A stretch of 63,509 nucleotides of DNA, filler included, from Folioceros fuciformis (Eukaryota), in assembly GCA_049999805.1 (NCBI GenBank). It is 9 parts of 9 records of this genome, joined end to end, with 100 filler letters (N's around TTAATTAATTAA, not from the genome) between each part and the next. Parts side by side here need not be neighbours in the genome. Positions count along the whole stretch, not along the records: positions 36,532 to 46,870 come from JBNGIO010002899.1; positions 46,971 to 53,634 come from JBNGIO010002900.1; 7 more parts are not named here. One strand, 5' to 3'. Below are positions 36,532-51,258 of the stretch, in pieces. Below the pieces are notes generated by a model that saw only the letters and a list, made by a program, of their open reading frames with translations, ran no database searches and was not told the DNA's origin. How positions within the stretch are numbered: the first letter of the stretch is position 1; the number at the start of each line of letters is the position of its first letter. Position numbers and translations under genes: made by a program.

Positions 36532-38820
36532 GTCTTCACATGGAGGGGGAACCCCCTCAGTGTATTAACCATATCAAGTGAGTGACCCTGGGCTCTACCC
36601 ACAAGTATTTGGGACTTCCTTTTCAAGAGGGGGAGGAGAATGGGGAGATTGGGAAGTATGTCTGCCTCAGGTTCATTCGCAAAGCGGCTAGTTTACAATT
36701 GCTGGAGCTCAACTTGGCAGGTAGGCTTGTGGTGATTAACCATATCCTTACAGCCTCTTTATGGTACTTTTTGTTTATGTGGGCGCCTTCTAAGACAGAG
36801 GTGAAGCGCTTACAACAGGTGCTGACCTCTTTCTTGTGGAAACGTTCAGGGGATGGTTTGGCTGGGTGTTCTAAAGTGGCTTGGCAGCATATTATTCAAG
36901 CGCGTGGAATGGGGGGCCTAGGGGTGGTGGACCCAGTTGCCAAGATGAAAGTTTTGCATGCTCAATGGGTTGTCAGGGCAGCGGATCCAACATACTACCC
37001 TTGGAAGAGTATGCTAACACAGTACTTGGACGGCACCCAAGCTGTCCCCAGGGGTAGGAGGTCTATTGACAACATTCTAGCTGACAAACCGCTGCTGGAT
37101 ACTACAGGATGCTCCCCGCTCTTTAAGTCCATCTGGAATAGTTACTTGGAGGTCAAACATTATCTTATCCCGGGCACCTTCTCTCATTTGGATGATGTTC
37201 TGGGTATTCCTTTGCAGGGCTTCTCAAGGTTATGGGTACGGGAGTTCAGGCCAAAGGTTTATCGGTCACAAATTTTTGGGCTGGTTTGTCACAAAGGCGT
37301 TATCCAACTTGGGCATTTATGAAATAGATCAGAGTCCCGTTGGAAGGAGGTGGAAGAGGTCAGAAGGGAGTTTGGCGTAGGGGCCCGGCACGTCAAACTC
37401 ATATTCTCGTGGTTGCACGAGGGGCTAGAGGAAAAGGTACATCATATCCTAAAGCAACAACCTACCATAGGCGAGGAAGGGTGGTTTGCTTACTCCATGG
37501 ATAGTAGGGGAGTCGACTCGGAGGAGGAGGATGAACAGGACGAAGCATTAGAGCTAGACAGGGTGATTTGGCTTGCGAGAGCTGACGGCAAAGAGACGTT
37601 GAAGTCGTTCAAGGTCTTGTCGCCTAACGGCTCTCTGGAAGTGCAAGGTAGGGACGACGGTGAAGGCCGAGGGGGGGAACTGCGGGCTATTATTGTAATC
37701 TGTAGGTCCGTTCGGGCAGGGTGGTGGTACACGTCTGGCAAACGCCCAACTGGGCCACGAACCTATGATAAAGCAAAGGTTCTGTGCTGGTTCCGATTGG
37801 GTGAAAACTAGGCTCTGACCTTCAAACTAGATCTCTACAGGTGGCTTAAGCGCCCGGGGTGCAAGAAAGCTACTTCTCGATCTTTCTTCAACTTCCCAAC
37901 GGCAGACCTCTTCCTTTGGTTGGTGCGAGCGCAGAAAATCAAACAAAGACAACCAATGGCTCCCCGCCTGAGGTTAACTGGACGGCGCCAAAAGGAAGCC
38001 ATCAAGCTCCTATGGCACTCCGCAGGAGTCCCTCCCAAGGTCAGGTTTACAGTTTGGTGTTTCTTTCAAGCATGTTTGTCTAATGCAGATCGTTGGGATG
38101 GGCTTCTTGCTGCAACGGGGGAGGACATGTGTCGATTGTGCACCGATGGTGCCCCAAACAAGAGTCAACACATGTTCTTTCACTACTGTTTTGCCCAAGA
38201 GATCTGGGGCGAGGTGAACAGGTGGCTTCGATTGATTTTTCCTAGAGCTAACCTCAAGATCACGAGTCAATCAGCCTTATTTGGGCTGGACGCAGCCTCG
38301 GGCAAACCTCTCATGAAGACCCAATGGTGGGGCTTACTGTGGTCCTCTTGTCTTTTCTATCTCTGGGTCAATTGGTCCGTGGTGGTTCACGGAGGACGGG
38401 AGTGAGCTTCAGTGAAAGCTCTGTTATGGCGCATATGGGAGCATTTATTGATTGCAGCAGAAGCCTTGGAGCAATCAAGCCGGAAGCAATTTAAGCGGAA
38501 AGACTGGAGGATGGCCGGCTTCCTTTCGCCTGGGAAAGATACGGGTTGGAATCACTCGTGCCCCTAGGGACGGTGAGCCTTTAGGGTCTTTGAGAGACTT
38601 TGAAGGGTGTGTATCAGTGTTTTAGGCAGGCGGCGGGTACCATAGTGTAGGGGAGCACTCTCCGTGCGCCTTGTCTTGAGCTTTGGTCTTAAGGCTAGTC
38701 CTCCCCCCTCTCTTTCGGTGCTCGATATATGTCCATTCGTTAGCAGGGGGTTCCCATTGTATTGTAAGTGGGAGGAGTCTTCCACTCATAATTAGAATTA
38801 TTTGCTTCACGAGAAAAAAA
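36532..38820 (+). mobile_element. L1-type LINE 3' part (ORF2 C-terminus with zf-RVT-like motif, 3' UTR, poly-A)
   Basis: KYLGLP, KVAW, GGLGV, CRLC...HMFFHYCFAQEIW; A-tail ending at 38820. Same family as 1357-6790. Confidence 0.92.
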
Positions 38821-41800
38821 CAAGCCAGGTTTCGAGAACCTTTTTTGGTGACCAAATTGCACAGGGGGAACTACACCACCGTCGAGGTAGCCATGAGGTC
38901 CCTGCGATTACAGGCTAAGCAAGCACACCATAAGCAACATACAGCCCTGCTAAAGAGGACGGCAAGGCAGATTGTGACCATCCTACGTGCAGGTAACTCT
39001 TGGGCTTGGAGGTGCACAATTCAAGTTGCGCTCCACAACCTTTGTGCAGACTGTGTGATGTGGGATGTGTACCCTGCAAGAAGCAATCAAGTAGGAGCAG
39101 GGATGTTTGTCAACATGGAAACAACTCAAAGTTGTCACTCCAATTTCATTACTAAAGGGTTTCTTGAGCTGATGCTAGGGCGGCCAGTGGGTGTGGAAGG
39201 TGGATTGAGAGGAGAGGAAGGTGTGGATGGTGGCTTGAGAGGAGAGGAAGGGGAGGCGGTTCTTCACAACAGGGATGTGGCATCAAGTTTGGTTTTGTGA
39301 GTTGACCACATGCAGGGTTGTGGAGTGCTTCCTCCTTATTAGCAAGGGCCCTTCCTCATTCACCCCAGCAGCCTTCACAGCTATCGCTCTCTTGCCCTCC
39401 CTAATCTCCTGCTTTTTTGTTTCTTCCAGTGTATGTTTTCTCATTAAATGTCTTCCAATCCACCTGCACTCCCACAATTTTTTCCAATGTTATCCCTAGG
39501 GCCATGAGTCTAGGAATCCTCTTCTCACCAAGACTTGGCCGCAACTCATAAACACCAAAAACAAAACCATCAATCTCGCACCACTCCACATCACTTAGTG
39601 CGTCTATCACTTTAAACCCATGCCCCTCCTTGAAAGTTGGAGGCCAAATAGCTTCTCCACCTCCTTGGTGCCCAGCTTGTCTTGAAGGGCATTCAAGAGG
39701 GCTAGGTCCTTGACATGAACCCCTATCCCCCAAATGCTACCATCATCAGCCCTCCATGTCCAAGTGTCCATCAATTTTCCTGCACTTGCCCAAATTCTGT
39801 CCACTAAACCCTACTAGGCATCTGCTCTTCGAGCCTTCCCACGTTGGCTTCTTCTCTGAGCCAACCTTGCAGCGACTGCAACAGACCGTTTAAAATCTCG
39901 CTTGGGAAGGGCCTCTAGTGAGCTCACCTATGTACCATGGTCGTCATTGGATCCACATGAACCTCCAGATCCATCATCTTGGAAATCCTCCAAGTCGCCA
40001 GGCTCCTTGCTCACTTGCCCGGCCTCCTCCCTGGCCCCCTTACTTCTTCCCCTGCATCCAACAGACATAAACATGAGATTGGTGAAAAGCAAGGAGAATT
40101 CCTCTCTTACCTTCCCTAAGCAAGTAGAATTTCAAGTAAAAGAATGGAAGGACGATGCATGTGGCATCCTGTGCTCTGCAGGCTGAAACAGGTGACCCCA
40201 AGTTTGTCTTAAGAATACCTTGCAGGCAAGGCATCTTTGCCTGCAAGGCACGTGCAACAATCCGACACGTTCAGATCCAGGTAACCACTAAGCAACCATG
40301 GTCAATTTTGTGGGTGCATAGGCTGATGTCAGTGCTTTCTTCCACACCACCTGTAGTGCTATGCAATCTGATTTAGCCATGCCAGTAGATATGAAGACTA
40401 ATCTCATGTGCAGTTCACCATGTCATTTTTATGTGTTGCATTTGCCACTTCCAATGGTCATACGCTGATAAGTCACTGGACTAAAAGTGCACCTAGTCAC
40501 AACATCTGGTCTTTTAGCCCCATGTGTGGAAATTGTCACTATGCTTGTGAACTTGGGCTACTGCATGCCATCCATGATGCACTTCAAGTGGTTATGTGAA
40601 TTTTCTTTCCACTAGATGTACCACCTTCATACTCTTGATGAACACTGTGACACCCTCGGTACTAACCACGCACTTAGCCTAACATGAAGGATATGTTGTG
40701 TGCCTTTTCTTCATGTGAAGGATCTGCAGTCTATGAAGGAGCCTCAAATCGAAAGAGCAAGTTGGCAACCATTCTTGGTGACCACCTGATCCGCATTACG
40801 GGAGAGTTGGCAAAAATCAACATACAACTTGACAAGTTGGAAGCTGCGGCAAAGGAGATCAAGCAAGCCTTAACTAGTGAAAGGCAACGACTAGGGGAGG
40901 TGGCATTTGACATTCGGAAATGTTCCGAAGAGATGGAAACCACTCCAAAGAGTCGAGAGGAATCTGAAACCTTTGAGGACATTCAAGGGCACACATCTCT
41001 ACTAAACCATCTATCAGGGCAGGTCCAAGCATTGTACACTCTGGAGAAAAGCTTGTACCAGCGAGTGGAGGAGCTGTCGAAGGAGGGCATAGTAGCTTAG
41101 CATGAGCTCAATCAACATGGTTGCATTGTTCATAGGAAGGAACGGACATTCAACATTCTAAAGAGTCTATCTGTAGTACTAGATGTAGAAGTTGAGGGAA
41201 GGCCTGGGCGCTGCAATTTCCTTCCGGCACCCCTGGAGCAAAGGACAAGACCAAGAATCCCTATGAATGCTTGTCCTATTTCTGCAAGGTATTTTCTACG
41301 TAATTGCTCCCTTCATACAATTTGGTCATTAAATTTTTCCAAGCAGAGGTTTCACAAATTGTCCTTGTTACTTTTGCAAGTGGTTTGCTTGCAATGAGTA
41401 GGTCATGTTGTAATGTGAGTATATGTACCATGAGTTTTGTTTACATGCTCATTTGTAGACCAGCAAAACTTGTATGCTCAAGGATTGCAGCATGGAGGTT
41501 GATACAAGATGGTATGTGCCAAAAGATTGGGACCTACTTGTAGGGACTATCCCCTAGGCATGGTGTAGTGAGTTGTTGAAGGAATGGCAAGCTGAGTACC
41601 AAGAGCTTGTGAAAGACCTCGATGCGTTGCTCACTTGGATAGAGCAGATTCACCGAAGCCACAGACAAGACATATCGCCAGCCACTTCTCCATGTGTGCT
41701 TATTTTTTCTCCTTACAAGTCACCATCTCAAGCTATTTCCTCATCCACTGGAGGCTAATACAATGTCATTTGTACTTTGATGCAGAATGCTATGACAAAT

Positions 41801-43910
41801 TGCCCATGACGTCCAGTGGTAGTCGACGTGTTCCAATCAAGAACACAACCAACTTGTTTGCCACCCCTGGGGAAGGCTCATATGGCTCGGTGTTTGGTGT
41901 TCCTAGAGAAGGCCTGTAGGGGGTTGATGAGGTTGCATGCACACCCCCGTCTGTCAAAAAGCCAGGCCCTCAACTGAGTCGGCTTCCAGAGGCCTAACCA
42001 ATGCATATTGTTGAAACACAGTTGCCTTAGGGTCCTACAAGCAATCGTGCACTAGGGGCTGGATACGACACGAGTGCCGTTGAGAAGTAAGTGCCCCATG
42101 AAGCAATTGTAGTATATGAGGGTCCCCTTGGCCTGGACATAGGAACATGAAAATACAGCCAAGAGACGGATGTGGAAAGCCTTGCCCTCCCATTGTCACA
42201 ACCAGAAGTCTTAGCCGAAGTGACCGTGGACAACTTTGCTGGAGAGCCTCATTGACATGATTCACAATGTGCTCCTCAGGAGTAGGGGAAGACCATGGTT
42301 TTGGGTGATGTACACGCTGACATGGGGGAGCTGGTTGTCTGTGCCGAGACCGACAAGGTTGAATTTGCACATGCACTAGATGTGGACACGTGTCAAGCAG
42401 TCCATGATACACTTCAAGTGGGCATTGCCAAACCTCCAAGGATGATGGATACACCTCGGATGCAAAGCGAGCCCAATGTGATGGACAATAACACACCTGC
42501 ACAAGAGTTAAAGCTGCTAGAAGTGCCTCGGGCCCTAGAGGTAGTGGAGCACCCTGAACTTGTAGCAGTGAGTACGAGAACCCACTCTAGCACAAGAGGC
42601 ACAAAGCGAAGAGGCCCAAAGACATTAATGCCCAAGCAGCTAACAAGAGCAAAGGCAACCCCCTTGTCTGTCAAACTTCAGGATTTGGAGCCAGGCGACA
42701 ACTACATCGTTCGCGCGGCCCAAGGCAATTCGGAGAATGTGAAGTTCTACCTTTTGAAATGTGTGAAGGGCATGCACAAGCTTGAAGCATGACATGAAGA
42801 CAAGTTTTGGAAGGGCTTGCCCATACGCAAAGGGGCAGAGGTAGTTGAAGGAAACTACTATAAGGAAGTTGGGTCTTCATAGTATGAGTTGTTGAACAAG
42901 GGGAAGCTTGGTCACCCGGTCCTGCTGCGGGCAGACTTCATGCTGGCAGCAAAAGTGGAGATGGAGGAACAAGACAAGTTGGATCCCCACAACAAGAATG
43001 AGCAAGTGACGTATTGGGTGAGCCCTGTAGTGCAAGCAAAGTTAGAAGAAGCCCTAGATGCAGCTCCAGAGTAGATAGCATGTTAGTCCATAATAGAAAG
43101 TACGGCTGGAATGAACACAACCTTTGCTTAATGGCTGGAGGAGAGTGCTCCTCCATGCAAACACAGAATCAAAATACTCTATGTTCTTTCCTCAACACAA
43201 ACCTTAGTTGTTGGACGAGTGTGCATTTCTTGGGAGTGTGCCTTCCACCTCCTCCTTTGGCGGACCACAGACATCCGTGATCACTAATTGGTCACTCGTC
43301 ATCGGTGGTATGTCCACACGCACGCACGCAAAGACTTGTCGGCGTTGTGGCGGACGCATGACATTCATACCATTGTGGAGGGATTCTTGCACTCCAGCCC
43401 AATGTGCAGCAAGAGCCATGAAAGGACGTGGGGCTCCATCAATGCCTGCCAAGGCGGGAGCTTTCGTTCCCGCAATCGATCCGAGTGCTGTGGTGGCCAT
43501 TGCTCTTGGTGAAAGCTGAAGACCCTCTGATGGAATGATGCTAAAACCTTTCATTCAACTTGCAAGTGTCAAATGAATGTTGTGAAGTAGATTGGCATGT
43601 GTTTAAGGGTTTGCAATCACTAGGGTTTGGCAAGTAAGTGAAAGTTATTTTCAATCTAGTCTCCATTACTCACAAGTTCTTTGAAGGACTCAATTGTGTC
43701 CTTTTCAAGCACATACACAATCTCATCCCCTTCCATGTGACATAGAAGTGGGAACTTGCAGCTCTTGACACTGGACGATAGCAACGTGACTTTTGCTGCC
43801 TCTTGGTCCAAAGTGTAAAAAGAACCATTTGGCTCTCGACCATCATAATACTAGCCGACAACAACCTTGTCACCCGGGAGGAACGTTTAATTGCTCCATG
43901 GACAAGTTGT
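38821..43910 (+). mobile_element. Unclassified, heavily decayed transposon-like region
   Basis: Fragmented protein-like frames (40684-41100 coiled coil; 42295-43074 read through stops: GDNYIV...FYLLKC...VVEGNYY). No catalytic motif recognised. Confidence 0.35.
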
Positions 43911-45876
43911 TGCAAATTTGGAAGAAGCATTCTACATTTAAAAATATTCACACTTACAAAGGTCTGTGTGTATGCTATATACAATGACGGTTGGGTTTTC
44001 AATAATTGTGTGTCTTTTCATAATGGGCTTATTAACCCTAGCTCGAACTTGATCAACTTGACTTAACTATTGACTGTTGACGCTAGACTACTTCTATGCT
44101 TTACTTTGCACCCCCACTTAGTCGAAGTCGTCAGTTGTTGCCAGTCTTCTTAGTCACCTCCTTTTTCTTCTTCGATTTCAGCTTTAGATCTATGCCTCAA
44201 TCCAAGCCCCACAACATGCTGATTATGTTTCTCTTTTGTAAGAGCCTTTGTTAGTAGATCAGCTGTGTTGTCATCTGTGGGAATATAGCTAAAACTGATT
44301 ATCTTGTTGGCAATTGCATTTCTAATGAAATGTTGCTTCACCTCCACATGTCTGGTACGAGCATGTGAGATGGGATTCTTTGCTATAGCAATAGTAGATT
44401 GATTGTCACAATACATGGGTGTCGGCTCTTGTTGCTTGTAGCCTAAGGTTTCCAGGAAATTTCGATGGTGCATAACCTCTTGGGTTGCAGTTGTAGCTGC
44501 CGCATATTCGGCCTCTATGGATGAAAGTGCAACTATTGTCTACTTCTTCGAGGACCAACTGACAAGGCCCCCACACACCTTCATACAGTATGCTGATGTG
44601 GATCAACGTGTGTCCTTATCACCAGCCCAATCGAAGTCCGTCTTGCATTCCATCCAAACTCTTCCAGAGTCTCCTTGTTTGATGTACAAAAGTCCTAGGT
44701 CAGATGTGCCTTTCAAGTACTTGAGAACACGTTTTGCAGCTACCCAATGTTGTTGTCCTGGATTAGCTAGAAACTGTGAGGCAATTGATGTTGCATGGGT
44801 AATATCTGGTATGGTCCAGCCACTCAACCATAGCAAACAACCTACAAGAACTCTGTATGGTATATTCTCCATCTCCTTTTGCTCAGCAGGCGTCTTGGGA
44901 CACTGATCTTGTGTCAAGGTAGCCCCCACTGCAGCTGGAGTTGTTGCTGGCTTCGCATTTTGCATATTGAACTTCTCAAGTAATCTGTTCACATAATGTT
45001 GTTGATGGAAAAATATGCTTCCCGTCGTTGGGTTCATAAGCGCTTGGACACCTAGGAAGAATTTGCAAGGGCCCAAATCTGTCATTTTGAATTCTGATGA
45101 CAAGATACGTTTTACATCTTTTATCATGTCATCATCGGACCCAAATATTATTGTGTCATCAACGTACACCACTAGGTAGGCAGTCTACCCATACTTCTTA
45201 TATACGTAGACGCTGCCATCAGCATCTAATTGCTTAAACCCTCTCCTTACAAGATATGTGTATAACCTCAAGTTCCACCCACGATTCGATTGTTTGAGGC
45301 CGTACTGCGTTTTCTTTAGCCTACAAACTTGCTTGGGTGCTTGGCATCAATGTAACCTTCAGGCTGCATCATGTATACCTCTTCTTCAAGGAGGCCATTA
45401 AGGAAAGCCGTTTGTACATCCATCTGGTGGATGTGGTAACCTTCTTGGGCAGCAATGGCCATGAGTGTCCTTAATGATGACGCACACACAACGGGGGAGA
45501 AGGTCTCATTGTAATCTATCCCTTCTCTTTGGGAAAATCCATGCACCACTAGTCTAGCCTTGAATTTGGCGGTGGTGCCATTAGGGTTGAGCTTCCTTTT
45601 GAACACCCATTTGTTTGAAATTGGCCTCCTTTCATGAGGCAGATCAACTAATTCCCACGTCTCGTTCTCAATGAGAGAGTCGTACTCTTATTTGATCGCT
45701 GCCTACCACTGTTCCTTCTCCGGTGAGTTGATGGCTTCTTGGTAGGATGCTGGTTCACCTAGGTCTTGGGCTGCTATGAGTATTTGAGCCAGCATGACGT
45801 TCTTGTTCGCATCCAGCCGTATATTCCCTTCCATGGCAAGTGGCACCTGACTACAGTTAGAAATATTAGCAGACCA
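43911..45876 (-). mobile_element. Copia RT and RNase H with 3' LTR (43911-44110)
   Basis: TGCAAA...TTTGCA LTR, PPT TAAGTGGGGG, YVDD, YCDNQS, ADLLTKAL. Confidence 0.92.
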
Positions 45877-46126
45877 TGTTAGAAGCGATCATTCTGTACC
45901 AATATGGTTAGTCAGCTAGACCTAGCAATTAATATAGGTAGTTAGCTAAGGTAGTGAAAGGACACATCCCTTGAGGAGACCACCTATAAAAGCCCACCTA
46001 TGAACACACTTGTTTAACTTTTGTTTATATAGCATCTTTGTTCAAGACGCTTCCGCATGCAATTCTCACTTGGTATCAGAGCCATAGGGCTCTTACCTTG
46101 GTCTCTAGATCCAATGGCTAGACTAC
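45877..46126 (+). mobile_element. 5' LTR (45877-46068) and PBS (46071-46083)
   Basis: TGTTAG...TCTCA, then TGGTATCAGAGCC. Confidence 0.8.
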
Positions 46127-46870
46127 TATGGACTCCACATGCTGAATAGGTCCTTGGAAAATGGTAGGATTTCTCTTTTTGGGAATCTCTAAGTGAACCC
46201 TGTGGTGAAATGGTTAAAAGATTAGGTTAGATTAGTAGCTAGATTAATGGTGAGGCGAGGCGCGTCTTTGAAGGGTTGCTGGAATGATCTGAAAGAAGGG
46301 ATGGAATGATTTGAGAGAGGAGAGAGAGTGTTGAGAGGCACTGACCATTTTGGTAGTCTTGAGAGGTTGGTCAATTTTGGTAAGGACACCCAGTTGTGTC
46401 CATGGTCTTGAGAGGTTGGTCAATTTTGGTAAGGGCACCCAGTGGTGTCCATGGGACACAACCCCTATTAGGTCAGAACTAGGTTTGGGTCAAAGTTAGG
46501 GTTAGGTCAGAATTAGGGGCGGCTTAGGTCAGAGAGAGATTGCTGGGTGGTTGACTGAGGCTAACCCTAATAGATAGAGATGGAGATTTGAGCCAAGGTA
46601 GTATAAGAGGCTAGACTTGCCATTGAGGAGGGGGCTGTCTACGGTGCGATTTCCCTGGACGTTGGGTGTAGAACTCCTGGCTTAGGGCGCTGAGCTGGTT
46701 GAGACTAAACCAAGGTCCTGATTTCCCTTGCCACTAGGGGAACGTGGAGGATCCCAAGACTGTGAAGATTCGTGTGGCCGGATCCACAATGGCTAACCAC
46801 CTTGCATGCTGGCTGAGATGAGGTTGCAGGGCCATGAGCCAAGGAGGCTACCCAGCCCTAGGCCTCGCCT
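46127..46870 (-). mobile_element. Partial long LTR (family of 23525-24800)
   Basis: Reverse complement of ~24110-24800, with an extra ~50-bp tandem duplication at ~46356-46453. Confidence 0.9.
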
Positions 46871-47479
46871 NNNNNNNNNNNNNNNNNNNNNNNNNNNNNN
46901 NNNNNNNNNNNNNNTTAATTAATTAANNNNNNNNNNNNNNNNNNNNNNNNNNNNNNNNNNNNNNNNNNNNGTAGCACACGGCGTAGAGAGGAAGCTTAGA
47001 AAAATCAGAATAGCCACTTGTGAATGTGGGTGTAAGGCCATAAGAGGCCGTGTCATGTGAACCGGTACGGCGGTTGACTGTTAACGTTACGACTGTGCAC
47101 CTGTTCGTGCACTTATATAATAAATATATATATATGTGTAACTATTTGCTTAACGACCTAAACTATGCATGACGCCGGGATACGGGCTAGTTAGGGCAAC
47201 CTATCTCGCTATTGGTGAGACTATCCATAGGTGACTATTGCCTCCCTTCGGAGGCATTGTGCTAGTAGGATTACAAGTTTAATTCTTCAAACCATCCAAG
47301 GCGCTTGTGAATTTGTAAGCCAAACACCTTACATGTCTTCCTAGCCATCTTCTTGGCTCAAAAACCCGATGTCACCCTAAATGCCACCTTTCTTGTATAG
47401 CACCATCGCGGCTGATCCTGGGAGAACCAGACGCGTGGTGCAGGTGAAGATCCAGACAACTAGTGGCATAAAAACTTAG

Positions 47480-47697
47480 GCTTTGATACCATGTAATGGA
47501 TCTAGAGCTCATGAGAGACTGGATCGCAAGCAGGCAGCGGCAAAAGAAAAAGGATGCAATAAAACTCTAGGAATATGATACACAAAGTAGCAATTATGGC
47601 TGGCAGTTATAACCGCCTGCTAAACCTAAATAAAATTAACTTAAACTAATCTAGGGTATGAACCAATGTCAATATATCTAACTTAAGATATCTAACA
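47480..47697 (-). mobile_element. 5' LTR (47492-47697) and PBS
   Basis: TGTAA...TAACA termini; minus-strand TGGTATCAAAGC adjacent. Confidence 0.8.
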
Positions 47698-48572
47698 ATG
47701 TCAAACCCTGGCAGGAAGCATTGGGAGGTAGTGAAAGGAGTTATGAGGTACTTGAATGGTACAAAAGCTTTGTGCTTATGTTTTGGTAGTGAAGATGCAT
47801 TTGTTGTGGGATATACGGATGCTGATTATGTAGAAGATATGGACAAAAGGAGGTCCACATCAGGTTATGTCTTCATGTGCACAGGAGGGGCAATCTCATG
47901 GCAATCTCGTTTGCAATCGTGCATAATGCTATCTACCACAGAGGCCGAGTATGTTGCAGCAACTGAGGCATGTAAGGAACCCATGTGGCTTGCTCGTTTA
48001 GTGGGAGATTTGGGGATCAAGGTTGAGCTACCAGTGTTGCATTGTGATAGCTAGAGTGCTATTCAATTGGCGAAGAATCCAGTGTTTCATGCGAAGACCA
48101 AACATGTGGAAGTGAAGTATCACTTCATTCGAGAGGTGTTGGAAGACAAGAGGTACAGCTTGTCAAAGTTCACACCAGTCAAAACCCTGCAGATGTTCTT
48201 ACCAAGGGCTCTCTACGGAGCAATTCGCACAAGCTCGGATACTCATGGGCATGAGGTAGACCACTCTCCTATGAAGGTAAATTGGCCTTTAAGTGGGAGG
48301 TTGTAGGGTTAATAAAGCCCAATGTGCTTAGATTAATGTGTTTAGTCTAAGATTAGTGCCTAGTTAAGTACCATTAGTTTAGATTAGCTTAAGCTAATAT
48401 GTAGGAAGCTTCTTGCGTAGCTTCTTGTGCGCTTCTTGTGAAGCTTCCTAGGGAGCTCTTCTAGATGGTATAAATACCCCCTTGAGCTCCCTTGCTATTC
48501 AGACATTGTGAGAGTGTGACCTCTCTTTTCTCCTCTCCTCCTTCACCATGTAGCTCCTCTAGTGATCCTTCA
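47698..48572 (+). mobile_element. Copia RNase H with PPT and 3' LTR (48302-48572)
   Basis: GYTDADY, STTEAEY, NPVFHAKTKHVEV; PPT AAGTGGGAGG. A copy of this LTR lies at 60408. Confidence 0.92.
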
Positions 48573-51258
48573 CTTCGTTCTAGCATGAAAGACAGGGTTC
48601 TGAGCCAGTAACATCGAGCCTTGATTATCTGTGCGAATCATTATACAAATTGGTCGAACTATACCCATCTTACTTAACAGCAATGTGCACCAAATCACTT
48701 CCTTCGTTGCTGCTGTAAGTACCCTATACTCAGCTTCTGTACTTGAGAGTTCTACTATGGGCTATTTCTTACTCATCCAGCAAATCGGCCCACCAGCAAT
48801 ACTAACAACATAACTAGAAATTGACTTTCTGTTGCCTATGTTGCCAACGTAATCTGAGTCAGTATAGACTTCAAGCTCAAGCTGTTGTCTAGGTGTGTAA
48901 CTATATTGAATGTCTCTATTGAGAGCTCCTTTCAAATATCTAAACACTGTCTTAGCACATGTCCAATGCTCTTGACCAGGATTTTCTAGAAATTGTGAGA
49001 GAGAGCTTGTTGCAAAGGCTACTTTTGGACGGGTGGCATTAGTAGCATAAATCAACTTTCCAATGGCTTGTCTATAGGGAACTAAAACCATTTTTTTGCT
49101 TTTTCAGCATCTGTCTGAGGTGACATTGCTTAACTTTTTCATTGCTCAACTTCAGACCAGAAGGTAAGGGTGTTGCACTTGGTTTTGCATCTTTCAGACC
49201 TAGCTGGTCAATGCTAGTTAGCAAATATCTTGGTTGTGTAAGAGTTATGACCCGCTTTTCTCTGTTGCGCTGTACATAGATCATCTGCCAAGACAACTTT
49301 GTAGAGGGCCAAGGTTTGACATCTTAAGCTTTGTGGCCAGAAGGTCTGTGATTGTTGTGATGAAAGCTTGATTGTTACTGGATAGAATTAGATCATCTAC
49401 ATATACTGCCAGATAACACACAATATCATTCTTGTTGTAAATGTACAGGCTTCCATCTGCTTGGCTCTTGGTGAAATCAAAAGCTAAAAGTTCAGCATCC
49501 AGCACTGCATTCCGAGCCATAGCAGACTGCTTCAAGCCATATAAGGTTTTATTCAATTTGCAAATGTAATCCTCCTTCCTCTTGACTTCAAAACCAGGAG
49601 GCTGTTGCATATAAATCTCTGTGTCAAGCTTACCATTCAAAAATGTTGTTTTAACATTAAACATCTACAGCTCATAATTCTTATATGCTGATATTGCACA
49701 AATGGCTCGCAGGGTTGGTAGCTTGACCACAGGAGCATAAGTCTCCAAGTAATCCACACCTGGGATTTGTGAAAAGCCTCTTGCTACAAGTCTAGCCTTA
49801 TACCTATCAAATGTGCCATTTGATTTGACTTTGAGTTTAAATACCCATTTGCATGAGACCATCTTCTTGCCATGAGGTAATTTAGCTAACTCCCAAGTGC
49901 CATTCTCAATGAGAGTCATATTTTGGCTCTATGGCCTTTTGCCAGTCTTGATGATCAAGTCTGCTCAAAGCCTCAGCATAAGACTATGGTTCAACAGGAT
50001 CAAGTGAGATAGCAGCATATGCCCGAATATGAGCAGAAGATGGACAAAAACCAGGTGCACTATAGAAGTCAGGAGGTTGCTGTTCTCGTGTGGGATAATG
50101 ACGAGCAAGTTCAGGAGCTGGCACATGAGTTGATGCAATCTCATTAGTGCGATCAACAAAATCTGGCAACTCTTCAGACTTTGATGTTTCACTATCAAGT
50201 ATGGGATGATGTAATATGTCTTGATGAGGATGCAGGTCCTGCATAACGGGTTGGTCAGAGTCAGTCAACAAAGGTGCATCTTTTGACTCTATAACAGCGG
50301 CTGGTGTTGCCCCCTTTTTAGAAGATACATCTAAATTATGAGTCCCATGGTCTGTGAGATCAAAATGGGAAATCTCCAACGAGTTCTCTGCATCATCAGA
50401 GTCTAGTATTACACAATGAGCTCCCACTGAAGCCCAAGTCCTGGTTTCATCAAAGGTAACGCTTTGAGCATAGATTACTCTGTTAGATGGAACATCATAT
50501 AGCTTATAGGCTTTTATCCCTTCTGTATAGCCCAGCATAAGGAGCTTACGTGCTCTATGTGAGAGTTTAACTCTCTTCTGTTTAGGGATAAAGGCATAAG
50601 CTAGGCAACCAAAAGTCCTCAAATGTTGTATTGATGGCTCTACCTGTAAAGGCTTCATAAGGGGGGGTCTTATCTGCAATTGCACTTGTTGGCAATCTAT
50701 TGTGTAGATAAGTTGAAGTAATCAGGGCCTCAGCCCAATAAGGGAGTGGTAGCATAGCATCATGCAACAAAGAAGAAACCATTTCCTGCAGAGTAAGATT
50801 CAAACGCTCTGCAACTCCATTTTGCTGTGGAGTATAAACAATTGTGAGTTGACGACCAATGCCTTCGTCCTTACAGAAGTTCTAAAATTCATTAGATATG
50901 AATTCTCCACCATTATCATATCTAAGTGTCTTGAGCTGTTTGCCTGTCCAGCATTCAACAAACTTAATGTACTCCTTAAAGTAGGAAAATCATTCACTCT
51001 TGTTCTTCAGGATATAGGTGGTCACAAAACGACTTTTGTCATCTGTAAACGTTAGAAAGTAACTCCCACCTCCAATGGACTCTTGAGATAAGGGTCCAAA
51101 CAAGTCAGTATGTACAAGCTCAAGGAGATCTGAGGCACGGTAAGGTGCTTTATTCTTGAAAGCTTGGTGTTTCTTAGATAATACACAAGCTTCACATAGA
51201 GGAGTATCAACCAATGGTCCAATGGGGCCATCTTGATACAGACTACTCATGGCCAACT
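48573..51258 (-). mobile_element. Copia integrase, RT and RNase H fragment
   Basis: CEACVLSK, HTDLFGP, CKWVFK, YVDD, YTDSDY. Related to the element at 1-1356. Confidence 0.92.
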
